Origin: Hypanus sabinus
Taxonomy: Eukaryota
Direction of reading: 5' to 3'
Assembly (NCBI RefSeq): GCF_030144855.1
Contig: NC_082706.1
Coordinates: 106,702,001-106,766,000 of the forward strand
DNA length: 64,000 nt
The notes beneath the pieces are model-generated. The model had not been told where the DNA came from. It saw nothing but the letters and a program-made list of their open reading frames with translations, and searched no databases. The position numbers and the translations under genes are program-made. Shown here in pieces: positions 11,481 through 24,729 of the stretch; position 1 is the first letter of the stretch; each line of letters starts with the position of its first letter.

Positions 11481-12439
11481 CTTCCTCAGCGCAGAGGTCG
11501 CACGAATCATTTCCGACTCAGCGAATTCGCAGCTTCTGCCATAAATGCCAGTACCTTTCGCCGATAAAAAATTCTATCTATTTCCACGAAATTTCACCCA
11601 ATCAGCCTCATCGACAGTTTATACATATACACCTGTCGCTCGAGAACAGGGAGTTGGGAGAATATTTCCCCAGGGTAGGAGAGCCCAGACTAGAGGGGAT
11701 AACTTTAAAGTGAGAGGGGAAAGATCTATAAGAGACCTGTGTGGTATGTTTTTTAGGGAAAGGACGGTGGGTACAGGCAACAAGCTGCCAGAGGAAGAGT
11801 TAGTGGCAGGAACCATCCAGAGATTTAAAAGTCATTTGGGCATCTACATGGATAAGAAGGCTTTCCAGAGAACGCAAGAGGACCTCTTGTAACTTTATTG
11901 GTTCACCAGACCTAAAAGCCTCTGATCTGGTCCTCAGCAAATTGCTGATTTAATGGTTCATACAAGACTTATGGTGGGAGAAGACTCTGAATGATTTTGT
12001 GGGGACAGACTCATCTACAACTGTTTTTCTAAAGTCCATGATGTAGGTGCACATTGAGCCTACATGGTGTAGGTGTATTTATTCAGATCCATAGATGAGT
12101 CCCTGAAAATGGCCCCGTCCACTCGAAGGAATTCCATATAGCAATAGCCCCAAATCTGCCTCCCTCAGTATCCAGCTCCTTGATTTGCCTCCCTCACAGC
12201 TTGTTATATCTGAATATTGGCTTTCAGTGAATAATGTGCAAAGCTATCCCGGGCCCTCTCAATGTACACAGTTTGCCAACACCCATCCGTTGCAGGAAAG
12301 CTACTATTATGCTGGATAGGATTAAGTCATATTTTCTACAGTTCATTTCCTTCAGCAACAAGTATTCCATTGGATATTACAGTAGGGGGCTGGGAATAGA
12401 ATGACCAATCAGTGCACAGCAGCAGCAGCCAGGCCTATG

Positions 12440-13057
12440 GCAGTATGGCCGGCTCTGAGGCTCAGCAGTGAAGGATAAAATCAGGTTGAGTGATAGTGAT
12501 AGGAGACTCAATAATTAGGGATTGGACAAGAGATTTGTTTGCCATGACAAAGATAGAGAACCGTGTACTGCCTCCCAAGTGCTAGGATTAAGGAGGACTC
12601 AGAGCAGCTGCAGAAGAGGTTGGGTAATCAGACAAAGGCCGTGGTGCATGTTGACACCAATGACATAGGTGAAAACAAGGAAGAGCTTTTGCACTGTAAG
12701 TATAGGGAGTGAGGGAAGAGGCTGCAGAGCATGAGTAATCTCTGGATTACTCCCAGTTCCGCATGGTAGTTAGGGCAGAAATAGGATGAATGAGTGGTTG
12801 AGGATCTGGTGTAGGGGGCAGGGTTTCAAATTGTTGGATCATTGGGATCTCATCTAGTGAAGTTATGCATTTTAGAAAAAAGATCGGTTAAACATGAACC
12901 CAAGGGGGGTCAATATCTTTGTGAGTAGGTTTGCTAGAGCTGTTGAAGAAGTTTTAAACTATGTTAGCAGAGGATTAGGAACAGGAGTGATGGGGCTGAG
13001 GATGGGGCAGTCGATGCAGCATGTGGCGAGATTCTGAGGAAGGATAGGCAGATGATA
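12440..13057 (+). mobile_element. CR1 ORF1 esterase fragment
   Basis: Degenerate VIVIGDSII...CCLPSAR...HVDTNDIG...RLNMNPRG. Paralogous to 42600-43225. Confidence 0.75.
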
Positions 13058-13059
13058 CA

Positions 13060-14500
13060 AAGGCCGATGCTCTCTCCTGTCAGTTTGATGTCTCTGAGGT
13101 CAACGCCAATCTGGGTCACATCCTTCCTTGAACAAGCATAGATGTTCCAGTGATTTGGGGAATACAAACAGGTGAGGACTGCTGAACAATCAGATCCAGG
13201 CCCAGATGGAGAAGTTCCTAACCAGCTGTTTGTGCCGGCCTCTGTGTGTACCTAATTGTTGGTGTGGGGTCACTCTTCCCATCTGGTTGGCCATCCAGGG
13301 ATTCATAAAGAGATGAGTTTCATAGCAGTCTATGTCCCAAGATGTCCATGACTTTGTCTCTGCCTGTCTCATTTGTGGCCAGAACAAGACATCATATCAG
13401 CTCCCTGCTGGTCTGCTCTACCCTCTGCCTGTGCCTCTCTGCCCCTCGTCCCACCTATCAGTGGGTTTCATCACTGGTCTGTGTCCATCAGATGGAAACA
13501 TTACCATCCTGGTGGTTGTGGACCAGTTCTCTAAAGCAGCCCACTTCATTGCTCTCCCCAAGCTCCCAGTGGATCGTGAAACTGTCACCTTCTTGGTTGA
13601 GCTTGTGTTCAGGCTGCACAGCTTCCCTCGGGACATCGGGTCTGATTGAGGAACACAGTTTGAAGTCCCATTGTTGGAAAGCTTTCAGTTCTCTTTTGAA
13701 AATCACAGCCAGCCTCTCATCACTTTTCCACCCCCAATGTAATGGCCAGACTGGAAAAGTAAATGAGGAGCTGGAGATAATTCTGCATGGACTTGTTTCT
13801 TCCAACTCCATGACCTGGAGCTCCCAACTAGATTCTTCAGAGAATGCCCATAATAAGCTACATTAGCATTCCCCCTTTTGAATGGCAAAATGAATTCCAG
13901 CCACTGATCTTCCCAGATCAAGTGACTAACATGGGAGTTCCTGCTGTGAACAGTTGGTAGAAGCTGCAAGCACATGTGGCAATGGGCCAGGGCTTCCCTG
14001 ATGCACACTCAGAAACAATATGCCCAGCAGGGTGATCAGCTCCCCCGACAGGTGAGGCTTCTCAATCCAGGGAGAAGGTTTGGCTGGTATCTAGAGATCT
14101 TCCTTTGAAATTTGGGAGCCACAAGGTTGCCCCATGCTATGTGGGACTATTCGTAGTGGGGAAGGGTACCAATTGATCTTCCTAGAGACTGTGCCTGCAA
14201 TCATCTGTTAAGATTCACCTAGGATTCCTTATTTGCAGCTCAGACTAGTCACTTCCACCCAGCATGCTCCAGTTACACACTCTGCCTCCTCTCCTCTTGG
14301 TGGATGGGTCACTCGTCTATGCTGTGCAGCACCCCCTGGTGTCTCAGCCAGTGTAGGGTAGGGTCCAGTACCTAGTGGATTGGGAGGGATACGGCACAGA
14401 GGATCTTTCTTGGATTCCAGTTTGTGACATCCTAGATAAGTCACTCAACCAGGACATCCAGCGGGCACAGGTCTCTGGTGCCTCAGGAGTTGAGCCTCAT
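13060..14500 (+). mobile_element. Degenerate chromovirus-type Gypsy pol end (integrase + chromodomain)
   Basis: GLLYPLPVP...GFITGL...ILVVVDQFSKAAHFIALPKLP at 13400-13565. Chromodomain [20 protein letters not shown] at about 14360-14420. Confidence 0.85.
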
Positions 14501-15096
14501 GGTATGGGGGAGTGAAGACTCTGCTGTGGAGTCTGCACACACCCAAAGGTGGACAGCTGAAAGTGGTCATTGGCAATCATGCTTGTGAGAAAGCACATTG
14601 CAGCCAGTTAGGGTTGAACTGAAGTTTTATTTAACTCCCTTCAGTATTGTCGAGTCTTGACTGAAGAACAGCAATGGTGACACTGCCCACACTCCAGGAA
14701 AGACCGCAATTTCGATTGACACCTTAAAGGAGCGGTACTAATTTAGTATTAAGTTATTGCTTCTGAAGCTCAGTGTCAGCATTAGATTTTTATTTTGAGT
14801 TCAGTTAGTTGCCCTATTAGCTTCGCATTTATTATTTTCCCTTTGTTTTGTACAGTTCCTATTAAAATTCAGTTTACCCAGGGGTCATTGTTGGGATCTC
14901 TGTTATTAATTATTATGTAAGTCATTTGGATGTGAAAGTATACAGCACGATGTTCACTATACCCCCAATCTTGGTATCTGATCTAGTTTACCATATTATC
15001 GTTTAAATCATTAATATAAGTGACCTACAACAATGGATCAAGCACCAATTCCTGCAGCACAGCACTAGTCACAGATCTCCAGGCAGAGAGACAAAA

Positions 15097-18000
15097 ATTA
15101 ACCACCATTCTCTGGCTTCTTCCACTAAGCCAACATTGAATCTAACTGATTACTTCATTCTGAATGCCACGGACTTAATCTTCCTAAAGACCACTGCATT
15201 CCCTTCATCAAACTGTTTGGTAGCCCCCTTAAAAAAAATCTCTATAAATTAGTTAGACATGACTTACCCTGCATAAAGCCATATTGCTTATGTCTTATCA
15301 GGCCTTGTCTATCCAAACACTGGTACAGGTACATCCTATCCATGAGAAAACCTTCCAATCATTTACCCACGACTATAAAACCTTTTCTAAACTACTTATA
15401 CCTCAATTATCCGCTGTTTTTTCTGTATCTTTTAAATTAGGAAAACTTCCACAATCCTTTTATCAAGCAATTATTTTGCTTATTTTGAAGAAAGATAAAA
15501 ATCCTGCTGAATTTTCCTCCTATAGACCAATCTCCTTACTTAATGTAGATAATAAAATTCTGTCTAAAATTTTAGCCTGCAGGCTTGAAAATATTTTACC
15601 GTTCATTACACGAGAGGATCAGACTGGATTTATTAAAAACCGCTATTCATATTTTAACATTTGGCATTTGTTAAATGTGATGTATTCCCCCTCTAACAAG
15701 GTTTCAGAGTGTATATTATCTTTAGACACAGAGAAAGCCTTTGATAGAATGCAATGGAATTACCTTGCAAGACTTTAGAAAAATTTAAATTTGGACCTAA
15801 TTTTATTTGTTGGGTTAAACTATTATATCTCTCACCTACAGCTCAGGTTCTTACTAATTCTCAACTCTCTAAACCATTTAACCTATATCGAGGTACTAGA
15901 CAAGGCTGTCCCCTTAGTCCTCTGTTGTTTGCTTTGGCTCTAGAAACTCTAGCCATAGCACTCCGTAACTCCAAGGATGCTACAGGTATCACCCGAGGTA
16001 ATACTATTCATAAAATTTCTTTATATGCAGATGATATTTTACTTTTTATTTCCAATGTGAATGACTCCTTAGCTTCCACCCTTTCTTTATTCTCTCAATT
16101 TAGTCGATTCTCAGGTTATAAGTTGAATTTATATAAAAGCAAATTATTTCCTTTAAACAACCTGATACCAATAAACACCAATCATCCGTTTAAAATTATG
16201 ACTAATCAGCTTACTTATCTTGGAATAACTATTACTAAAAATTTTAATCATTTGTATAAAGCTAATTTTATTCCATTACTGAGTTACCTTAAAAGGCTAT
16301 TTAGTAAATGGTCTCCTCTTTCATTGTCCTTGTTAGGCCGTATTAATTCTATTAAAATGAATGTGTTACCTAAATTCTTATATCTTTTCCAAGCATTGCC
16401 TATTTTTATTCCGAAGAGTTTTTTCGACTCTTTGGACTCAATTGGCTCTTCTTATGTATGGAATAATAAACAACCCCGGCTGAACATAGTCTTTCTTCAA
16501 AGGAAAAATAAAGATGGTGGTCTAGCTTTACCTAATTTCAGATTCTATTACTGGGCAACTAATATAAGGAATATCCCATTCCGGTCATATTATATTAAGA
16601 GGGATGATTGTCCACCATGGACTTCACTAGAAGCTCAATCGGTTAAAAATGCCTCAATCATTTCTCTTCTTGGATATTCTCTTCCTTTACCCTTCAGTAA
16701 AATTACTGATAACCAAGTTCTCAAACACACTTTGAGAATCTGGTTGCAATTTAGGAAGTTTTTTGGTTTGTCTCGTTTTTCCCTTTCTAGTCCCATTCTT
16801 TGTAATTATTTATTTCTACCCTCTACTACTGATAAAGTTTTTATAGAATGGAATACATTGGGTATTCGACAATTTTTGGATTTATTCGTTGATGGTAACT
16901 TAGCATCATTTGAGCAGTTGTCTATCAAATTTGGTTTACCCCAAACTCATGTTGATGGTTACCTTCAAATTAGAGATTTTCTGCGTTCTCAATTGGCTAC
17001 ATTTCTTTCAAGTTCAGATAAGAATCTCTTAGACGATATTGTAAATTTGAAACGTTTTTTTGATGGATCAATCTCTAATATATATAATAAACTGCTTATG
17101 TTTAAGCAGCTTTCTTTACATAATTTTAGGCAAGCTTGGAAACGTGATCTGAATGTGCAAATCTCTGATGAAGATTGGAATGCCATTTTGAGATTAGTGA
17201 ATAAGTCATCTTTTTGCGCTCGCCATTCTTTGCTAAAGTTTAAAGTGGTACATACAGCCTATTTGTCTAAAGAGAAATTATCCTGTTTTTATTCTGATAT
17301 TTGTCCAACTTGTGACAAATGTAATTCAGCCAATGCTTCATTAATTCATATGTTTTGGTTATGTCCCAGCTTAGGAAAATTTTGGAAAGATGTATTTTCT
17401 ACTTTTTCTCAACTTTTTAACACTAACTTTGAACCTAATCCTCTTACTGCTCTCTTTGGTATTCTTGGAACTCAAGATATAACTTTACTTCATTCTGAAT
17501 GCCAAGGACTTAATCTTCTTGACGACTCTGCCATGTAGTAATTCATCAAAGGCCTTTCTAAAGACCACTGCATTCCCTTCATTAAACTTCTTGGTAGCCT
17601 CCTTAAAAAAATCTCTATAAATTTGTTAGATATGACTTACCATGCATGAAGCCATATTGCTTATGTCTTATCAGGTCGTGTCTATCCAAACACTGGTACA
17701 GGTACATCCTATCCATGAGAAAACCTTCCGATAATTCACCCATGACTAATATCAGGTTCACCAGGCTCTAATTACCTGTTTATTCATAGAACTATCTCAA
17801 ATGTTAGGTGCCCTCCAGTACTCCATTACCTCACCCATGCCTAAGGATGTTTTAAGTATTACTGCCAGGGCCCACAAGTTTGGAGAGGACACTTCATCAG
17901 GCCTTTGGGATTTATTCTCCCTACATTGGTCTCAAGACACAAGCACCTCTTCTTCTGTAATCAGAACATGGTCTATGTCCTCTAATATTTTGCCAGATTC

Positions 18001-20466
18001 TATGATATATATGTGTCTCCTGAGTAAATGCAAACACGAAGAAAAATTTAATATTTTTCCCCATCTATTTTAGCTCCGTGTATACATAGCCAACTTGATT
18101 TTCAACAGGACCAATTTTGCCCCTTACTATCCTCTTGCTCCTAACATTCCTATGGAACCCTTGGATTCTGGTTCACCTTGTCTGCTAGAGCAATCACTTA
18201 TCCCTTTTCAGCCTACCTGATCTTTCACTTGTATTCACTTGCATGTCTTATATTCCTCCAGTGCCCCATTTAACAGTAGCTGCCCATACCCAATATGTGT
18301 TCTCTTTATCTTTACCAGGTCTTCAATATCCCAGGATAAATAAGGTTCCCACAACCTGCCAGCCTTGTTTTTTATCCTAATAGAAATATAGACATTATGT
18401 ACTTTCAGTACTTTACTGTTCAAGGCCACGCACTTGCCTGCATCACTTTGTTAGAAAATGGCTTATCCCAAATCCACACCTGACAGATTGCTTCATATGC
18501 CATCAAATTGGTCATCCTCCAGTTCAGAATCTTAACCTGAAAACCAATCCTATCCTATCTCCATAATTATTTTGAAGTCTATGGAATTATGATCACTATA
18601 TACAAAGTACATTGTTATACTCACTTCTGTCACCTGCTCTTTATATTTCCTGCAACTGTCTGCTATCTCCCTATGAATTTGTTCTTCCAAATCCTGTTGA
18701 CTATTGGAAGGTCTGTAAAGTTCCATTAACACGGTCATCCATTTTTTATTCCCAGATTCACGGAAATTGCCTTGGCAGATGAGCTTTCCATATGTCATCT
18801 GAGCATTGCTTGATATCATCCCTGCTGAGTAATGTATGAGTTCCCTCCCTCTTTAATAACACCTTCTCTGTCATGTCTAAATCAGCGGCTTGCCTGTACA
18901 TTGGGCTGTCAGTCCTGCCGCTCCGGTCAACATGTCTCAATAATGGTTTCAACATCATAAGTACACGCATGGATCCATTCTCTCTGTACTTCAGCCTCAT
19001 CTACAACTGTCCCCATTTTGCAATAGATGCAACTCAGAACATTTATCCACCATGCTCAATCTTGCAGTTTCCATCTCTGCTTAAAAACAAGAAATTCCGC
19101 AGATGCTACAATTCCACACCCAGAAAATCTTTGCTTGTGGTCCTAACATCTATTTTCACTCAACCACTTCATTGTTGTCCTGCCACTCTGGATACTATCC
19201 CTCTGAAACGCTAGTTTCAACACCTCACACCACCCTAAGCAGGATCAGTAAACCTTCCTAAATTGATATTTGTCCTTCTCCAGTTTGGGTGAAAACTGTC
19301 CTATTTGCACGGATCCCAGCTACCCTGGAAGAGAGTGCAGAGATCAAAAAAATCTGAAGCCCTCTCCCATCGACCATCTGCTTGGCCACGTGTTAAACTG
19401 CACTGTCTTCCTTGCTTTTTGCCTCACTAGCATGGATAGCAATCCTGAAGTCACCACCTTGGAGGTCCTGTCTTCTAACTTTGCACCTAACTCCCTGAAT
19501 ACATTTTGCAGGTCCCCGTCACTTTTCCTGCTTATATCATTCATACCAATGAGTTCCATGACTTAAGGCTTCTCAGCCTCCCCCTTAAGATAGCTATAGA
19601 CTCAATACAAGATATCTCTGATCCACTACACCTGGAATGCAATATACCTCCTGCGGTAGGTTATCTCCCTAAAACAATCTAAACTGATAACCTTGCTGGG
19701 GGTAATGGCCACAGGGATATTCTGCACTGACTGCCAATTCCCTTTCCCACTCTTGATGATCACCCAGCTACCTGTTTCTAGCAACACAGGGGTAACAGTC
19801 TCTCTGTAACTCCTATCAACCCCTCTTTTTTCTGAATGATCTGAAGGTCATCTAGCATAGATACACTTCCTTAACACAGTTTGTAAAGAGCTGGAACTTG
19901 ATGCACTTATCACAGATATAGACATCTCCTTAACTTCCTACCTCATACAATGGGAGCACACCACTGCTCTAAGTTCTAAACCCACTGGTCTGTCGGTAGA
20001 ACAATAGAGAAAGAAGTTAAATGAACTTAAACTCAGGGAAGTTTATAAAATCGTGAGGGGTATAAAAGGATCATAGCCTTTTCCCCAGGATTGGAGAATC
20101 CAAATCTGAAACAAGGTAACAGGGAAGAGATTTAAACGAGACCTAAAAGTTAATTTCTTTATCCAGAGGATGGTGAGGTGCCTGAGGAAGTGGTTGAGAC
20201 GGGTGCATTTGCAATATTTCAGAGATATTTGCATGGGCATATGGAAGGAAAGGGCTCGAAGGTCCACGAGTCAAATGCAGCAACTGGATCTAGCAGGTTA
20301 GCATGGACCATCTGGGCTGAAGGGCCTAAATCCAGGCTATGATACTCTAAGGAAGTGATATGTGTGAGAGGCCAGTTTTCTGTGCTCAGTGTCAGATGTG
20401 GTGGGTCCTGGAGTCTCCCAGCCTCCCGGACGGCCGTATCTGCACCAGGTGTGTCGAGCTGCAGCT
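15097..20466. repeat. Segmental duplication block X, copy A (mainly a decayed minus-strand CR1 plus LINE fragments)
   Basis: Collinear with 30177-36067 and shares the same internal deletions and junctions. The ORF pairs 19270/34871 and 18235/31007 are near-identical. Confidence 0.85.
15357..17484 (+). mobile_element. L1-clade LINE ORF2 fragment (RT + C-terminal Cys-rich domain), truncated at both ends
   Basis: YRPISLLNVD, DQTGFI, LDTEKAFD, GTRQGCPLSPLLF, LYADD and CPTCDKC...HMFWLCP. One frameshift near 15754-15778. No poly-A tail. Confidence 0.92.
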
Positions 20467-21711
20467 CCTGAGTGACTGAGTTAGGGACCTGGAGGGGCAG
20501 CTCGATAACCTTCACCTGGTCAACGAGAGCGAGGAGGTGATGGAAAGGAGTTATAGGCAGGTGGTCACACCAGGGCCACGTGAGACAGACAGGTGGGTCA
20601 CAGTCGGGAGAGGAAGGGGAAGAGTCAGGTACTAGAGAGTACCCCTGTGGCTGTACCCCTTGACAATAAGTTCTCCTGTTTCAGTACTGTTGAGGGGAAC
20701 AGCGTACCTGGGGGAAGCGGCAGTGGTCGTGCCGCTGGCAAAGAGTCTGGCCCTATAGCTCAGAAGGGAAAGGAAGGGAAGAGGAAGACAGTAGTGTTAG
20801 GGGACTATAGTTAGGGGGTCAGACAGGCAATTCTGTGGACACAAGAAAGAAACTCAGATGGTAGTTTGCCTCCGAGGTGCCATGGTCCCGGATGTTTTGG
20901 ATCTCATCCAAGATACCTTGCAGTGGGAGGGGGAACAGCCAGAGGTTGTGGTACATATTGGTACCAATGACATCTAGGTAGGAAAAGGGAAGAGGTCCTG
21001 AAAAAAGACTACAGGGAGTTAGGAAGGAAGTTGAGAAGCAGGACCGCAAAGGTTATAATCTCAGGATTGCTGCCTGTACCACCTCACAGTGAGAATAGAA
21101 ATAGGATGAGGTGGAGGATAAATGCATGGCCGAGTGATTGGAGCAGGGAACAGGGATTCAGAATTCCAGATCACTGGGACCTCTTTTGGGAAGGTGTGAC
21201 CTGTACAAAAAGGACAGGTTGCACTTGAATCCCAGGGGCACCAATATCCTGGTGGGGATGTTTGCTCAGGCTACTGGGGAGAGTTTAAACTAGAATTGTT
21301 GGGGGTGGGAACTGAACTGAAGTGACTGGGGAAGAGGAGGTTAGCTCACAAATAGAGGAAGCTTGTAGACAGTGCGAGAGGGAGGATATCCAGGTGATAG
21401 AGAAGGGACGTGCCCAGACTGAAGGTTTGATATGTGTCTATTTTAATACAAGGAGTGTTGTGAACAATCCATATGAGCTTAGAACATGGATCACTTCTTG
21501 GAGGTATTATGTGCTGGCATGGCGCTGTTGATCAGAGATAGTGTCACGGCTGCAAAAAAGGTGGACGCCATGGAGGGATTGTTATGGAGTCTCTGTGGGT
21601 GGAGGTTAGGAACAGGAAGGGGTCAATAACATTACAGGGTGTTTTTATAGGCTGCACAATAGTAACAGGGATATCGAGGAACAGGTAGGGAAACAGATCC
21701 TGGAAAGATGT

Positions 21712-22541
21712 TGTTACGAATGTGCCACAACTCTGAGGGGCCGAAGGGTACAAAGTCACCCCCCCACTACTTTTTGAGAATCTCAAGATCGCTATTAATC
21801 CGGGTCTGGGAACCAGGAAATGAGAGAGAGACACACAGAATCCTCAAGGTTTGGAATGTGTCCTAGCCTCCGTGAAACAAAAACCCCTGATAATGGCTAT
21901 TGTCTCTTGGAGATGGAATGGTGTATTGAGTACTGTACTATTCATTGAAGCCCCTCAGGGGATGATCAGAGTGGGCTGGTTGAGGGATTGCATCATCCCA
22001 ACCTGATTGACATCTGAGACCCCGTGAGTAAGGATAAAAGAGGGTTTAGATGCACCAGGAGAAATGCTGGAAAGCCAGTGACAGTGTTTTATAGCGAACG
22101 CCAGTGAGGACCCGTGTACGTCCTCCCTTGCCAGGATAGCGGGATCATCACGGAAGAATGGCTTAGCTAAAGGAGAGGCCACAAGTGAACGGCCACACTA
22201 ACGAGACTCTGACGGATCGAAATTATAAAAGGAATTGGCAAGTTTCTCCAAATCTCTCTCTCTCTCCAACCCAAGGCTGCAGCCTGCATGAAGTGAGTGA
22301 CTTTTATATTTCCATCAGACAATACATTATCCCCTAGACAACGATAGAGCATATTTCTTATTGATTATTATTATACCCGCACATTTAGATTTAGTATTGA
22401 TGACGTCTGTTATCTGTATGTTTGCATTGATATTATTTTTGTGTATTTTTACTAATAAATATTGTTAAAAATAGCACCATCAGACTTCAACGGACCTCTC
22501 TATCTTTGCTGATAAGTGACCCAGTTACGGGGTTCGTAACA
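21712..22541 (+). repeat. 5' LTR
   Basis: TGTTACGAA...TTCGTAACA; direct repeat of 24730-25554. Confidence 0.95.
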
Positions 22542-22658
22542 AAGTGGGGGCCTCTTCTCGAGATTTGATCCAAATTGGAGGGCCAGTGAATCGGGCTTTT
22601 TTATTAAGTCCAAATGTGGGTCTGGTTGTGTGGGTAACCAGACGGGAAACCAGCAAAG

Positions 22659-23782
22659 ATGGACGTGGATGAATTTATAGAAAACCCGACTCTGGAGGCG
22701 CTAGAGGCTGCCACAAAGTCAGACTTGATAAATATTGTGAAAGGACTAAACCTCACAGAGGTGAGGTTGTCAATGAAAAAGCGGGAGGTGCGGAGGGCCA
22801 TAACTCAGTATTATATTGTGAAGAATGTGTTTTCTGCTGAGGTATTGGAAAATATCCCTGAAAAGGCACCATCTAGTGGGACGGCTCAGTTAAAGTTGGA
22901 GAAATTAAGGTTGGAACATGAAATTAAGTTAAAGCAGCTGGAAGCAGCTAAAAAGGAAAAGGAGTATGCGCTCCAGCTAAGAAGTTAGAGGTGAAGAGGG
23001 AGCAGGAAAGAGCTGAGAAACAAAGGGAGCATGAAATTCAGTTAAAACAGCTGGAAGCAGCTGAAAACGAGAAGGAGAGAGCTGAAAAGGAGAGGGAAAG
23101 AACTGAGAACCAAAGGGAGAAAGAGAAACAGAGGCAACATGACTTGGACATGGAGAAGTTAAGGCAAGAGCAAAGAGCTCAAGGGTCAGACCGAGAGGTG
23201 TGGTTTAATGTTAGTTGGGAGTTTAGGTTAGTACCTCCATTCGAGGAGACGGATGTTGATAGTTATTTCTTGCATTTTGAAAAGGTGGCAGTGAGTCAGA
23301 AGTGGCCCAAAGAGCAGTGGGTGGTGTTGTTACAAAGTGTGTTAAAAGGGAAGGCACAACGGGCATATGTGGCGTTGTCCATGGAGGAGGAGGAGTCTGA
23401 GAATTATGAGAAAGTAAAGGAGGCCATTCTTCAGACCTACGAATTGGTACCTGAGGCCTATAGACAAAAGTTCAGAAATTTAAAGAAAGGGTGGAATCAG
23501 ACGTATACCGAGTTTGCCTATGAGAAGGGTGTGCTCTTGGATCGTTGGTGTGCAGCAGAAATAGTGGAAGAAGATTTTTGGCATCTCAGGGAGTTAATTC
23601 TGATTGAGGAATTTAAAGGTTGTGTTTTGGATGATATCTGGATGTATTTGAATGAGAAGCAGAATAAGTCCATCTCTGAATTTGCTAGGTTCGCAGACGA
23701 ATATGCCCTAACCCACGAGACAAAGTTTTCCTCAAATAAAAGTTACCAGAGAGACTGTGGGAATGGTAGAGAAAGCCCGTAG
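22659..23782 (+). pseudogene. Gypsy gag (frameshifted; two ORFs 22659-22988 and 22991-23782) with SCAN-like capsid C-terminal region
   Basis: Coiled-coil region, then VPPFEETDVDSYFLHFEKVA...KWPKEQW...LKGKAQRAY...YELVPEAYRQKFR...ELILIEEFK. Confidence 0.8.
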
Positions 23783-24729
23783 GCTGAGGCAGAGATTCAG
23801 CCAGGAGCTAGTGGTAAAATTGAGGAGGAGGAAAGGCAAGATGGCAGGAGAGGTCCTGGTTTGACCTGTTTTCATTGTGGAAAGGTGGGTCATATTGCAT
23901 CTAAGTGCCTTGCTCCGAGGAAGGAGACAGGAAAATGGAAAGCAGCAGTCCCTATAGGATGTGCTGTGGTGATCAGTAAATCGACGAGAGAGCCCCAGGT
24001 AGACAGAGTACGAGAAGGGTCTGAGAAATGTATTTCAGAAGGAACTGTGTCTGTGAGAGAGGGAGACACACCAGTTCCAGTGTGGATGTGGAGACACGGG
24101 AGCTGAACTGTCATTGATTAGCAGTAAGGTACTGGATTTTGGTTGCAAGACTGGAGAGGTGGCTTTGAGAGGCATAGGAAAGGTACAGAAGCAGTGCCCT
24201 TGCATAGGATCATTATAAATTGTGAGCTGGTATCTGGACCAGTTGAAATAGGGGTGCGATCAGAATTCACGAGAACTGACGTAGACATCCTTCTAGGTAA
24301 CGATTTAGCTGGTGGTGACATTTAGTCGGCCATGGAGCTGACGAGCCAGCCTGTAAGTGTTGAGGTCCCGCCCCTAGATTCCAAGATCTATCCCGCATGC
24401 GCGACCACTCGCAGCTTGTCGAGAAAGGCAGCTGAGAACGAGACCAGTTTAAATCCGGCCAGTATCGATTTGGCTAAGACGTTTTTACTGACCCTGTACC
24501 AAGAGGGTTTAGAGGGTGGTAAAACAGAGAATAGGAAAGTGAAAGAGAGTAAGGGAGAGGAGGTAGTCCTGCTCTTAGCCAGGACAAAATTTATAGAGGC
24601 ATGAAGTAAAGATGAGAAACAGATAAGGCTGTTAAAAGGTCCAGGGTTGGACATGGATGATCTGTCTGGTTTGGCAGAACTGTTTGAAGTTGAAAATTAC
24701 CGATGGTAAAAATCTTTGAGGGAAGGGGG

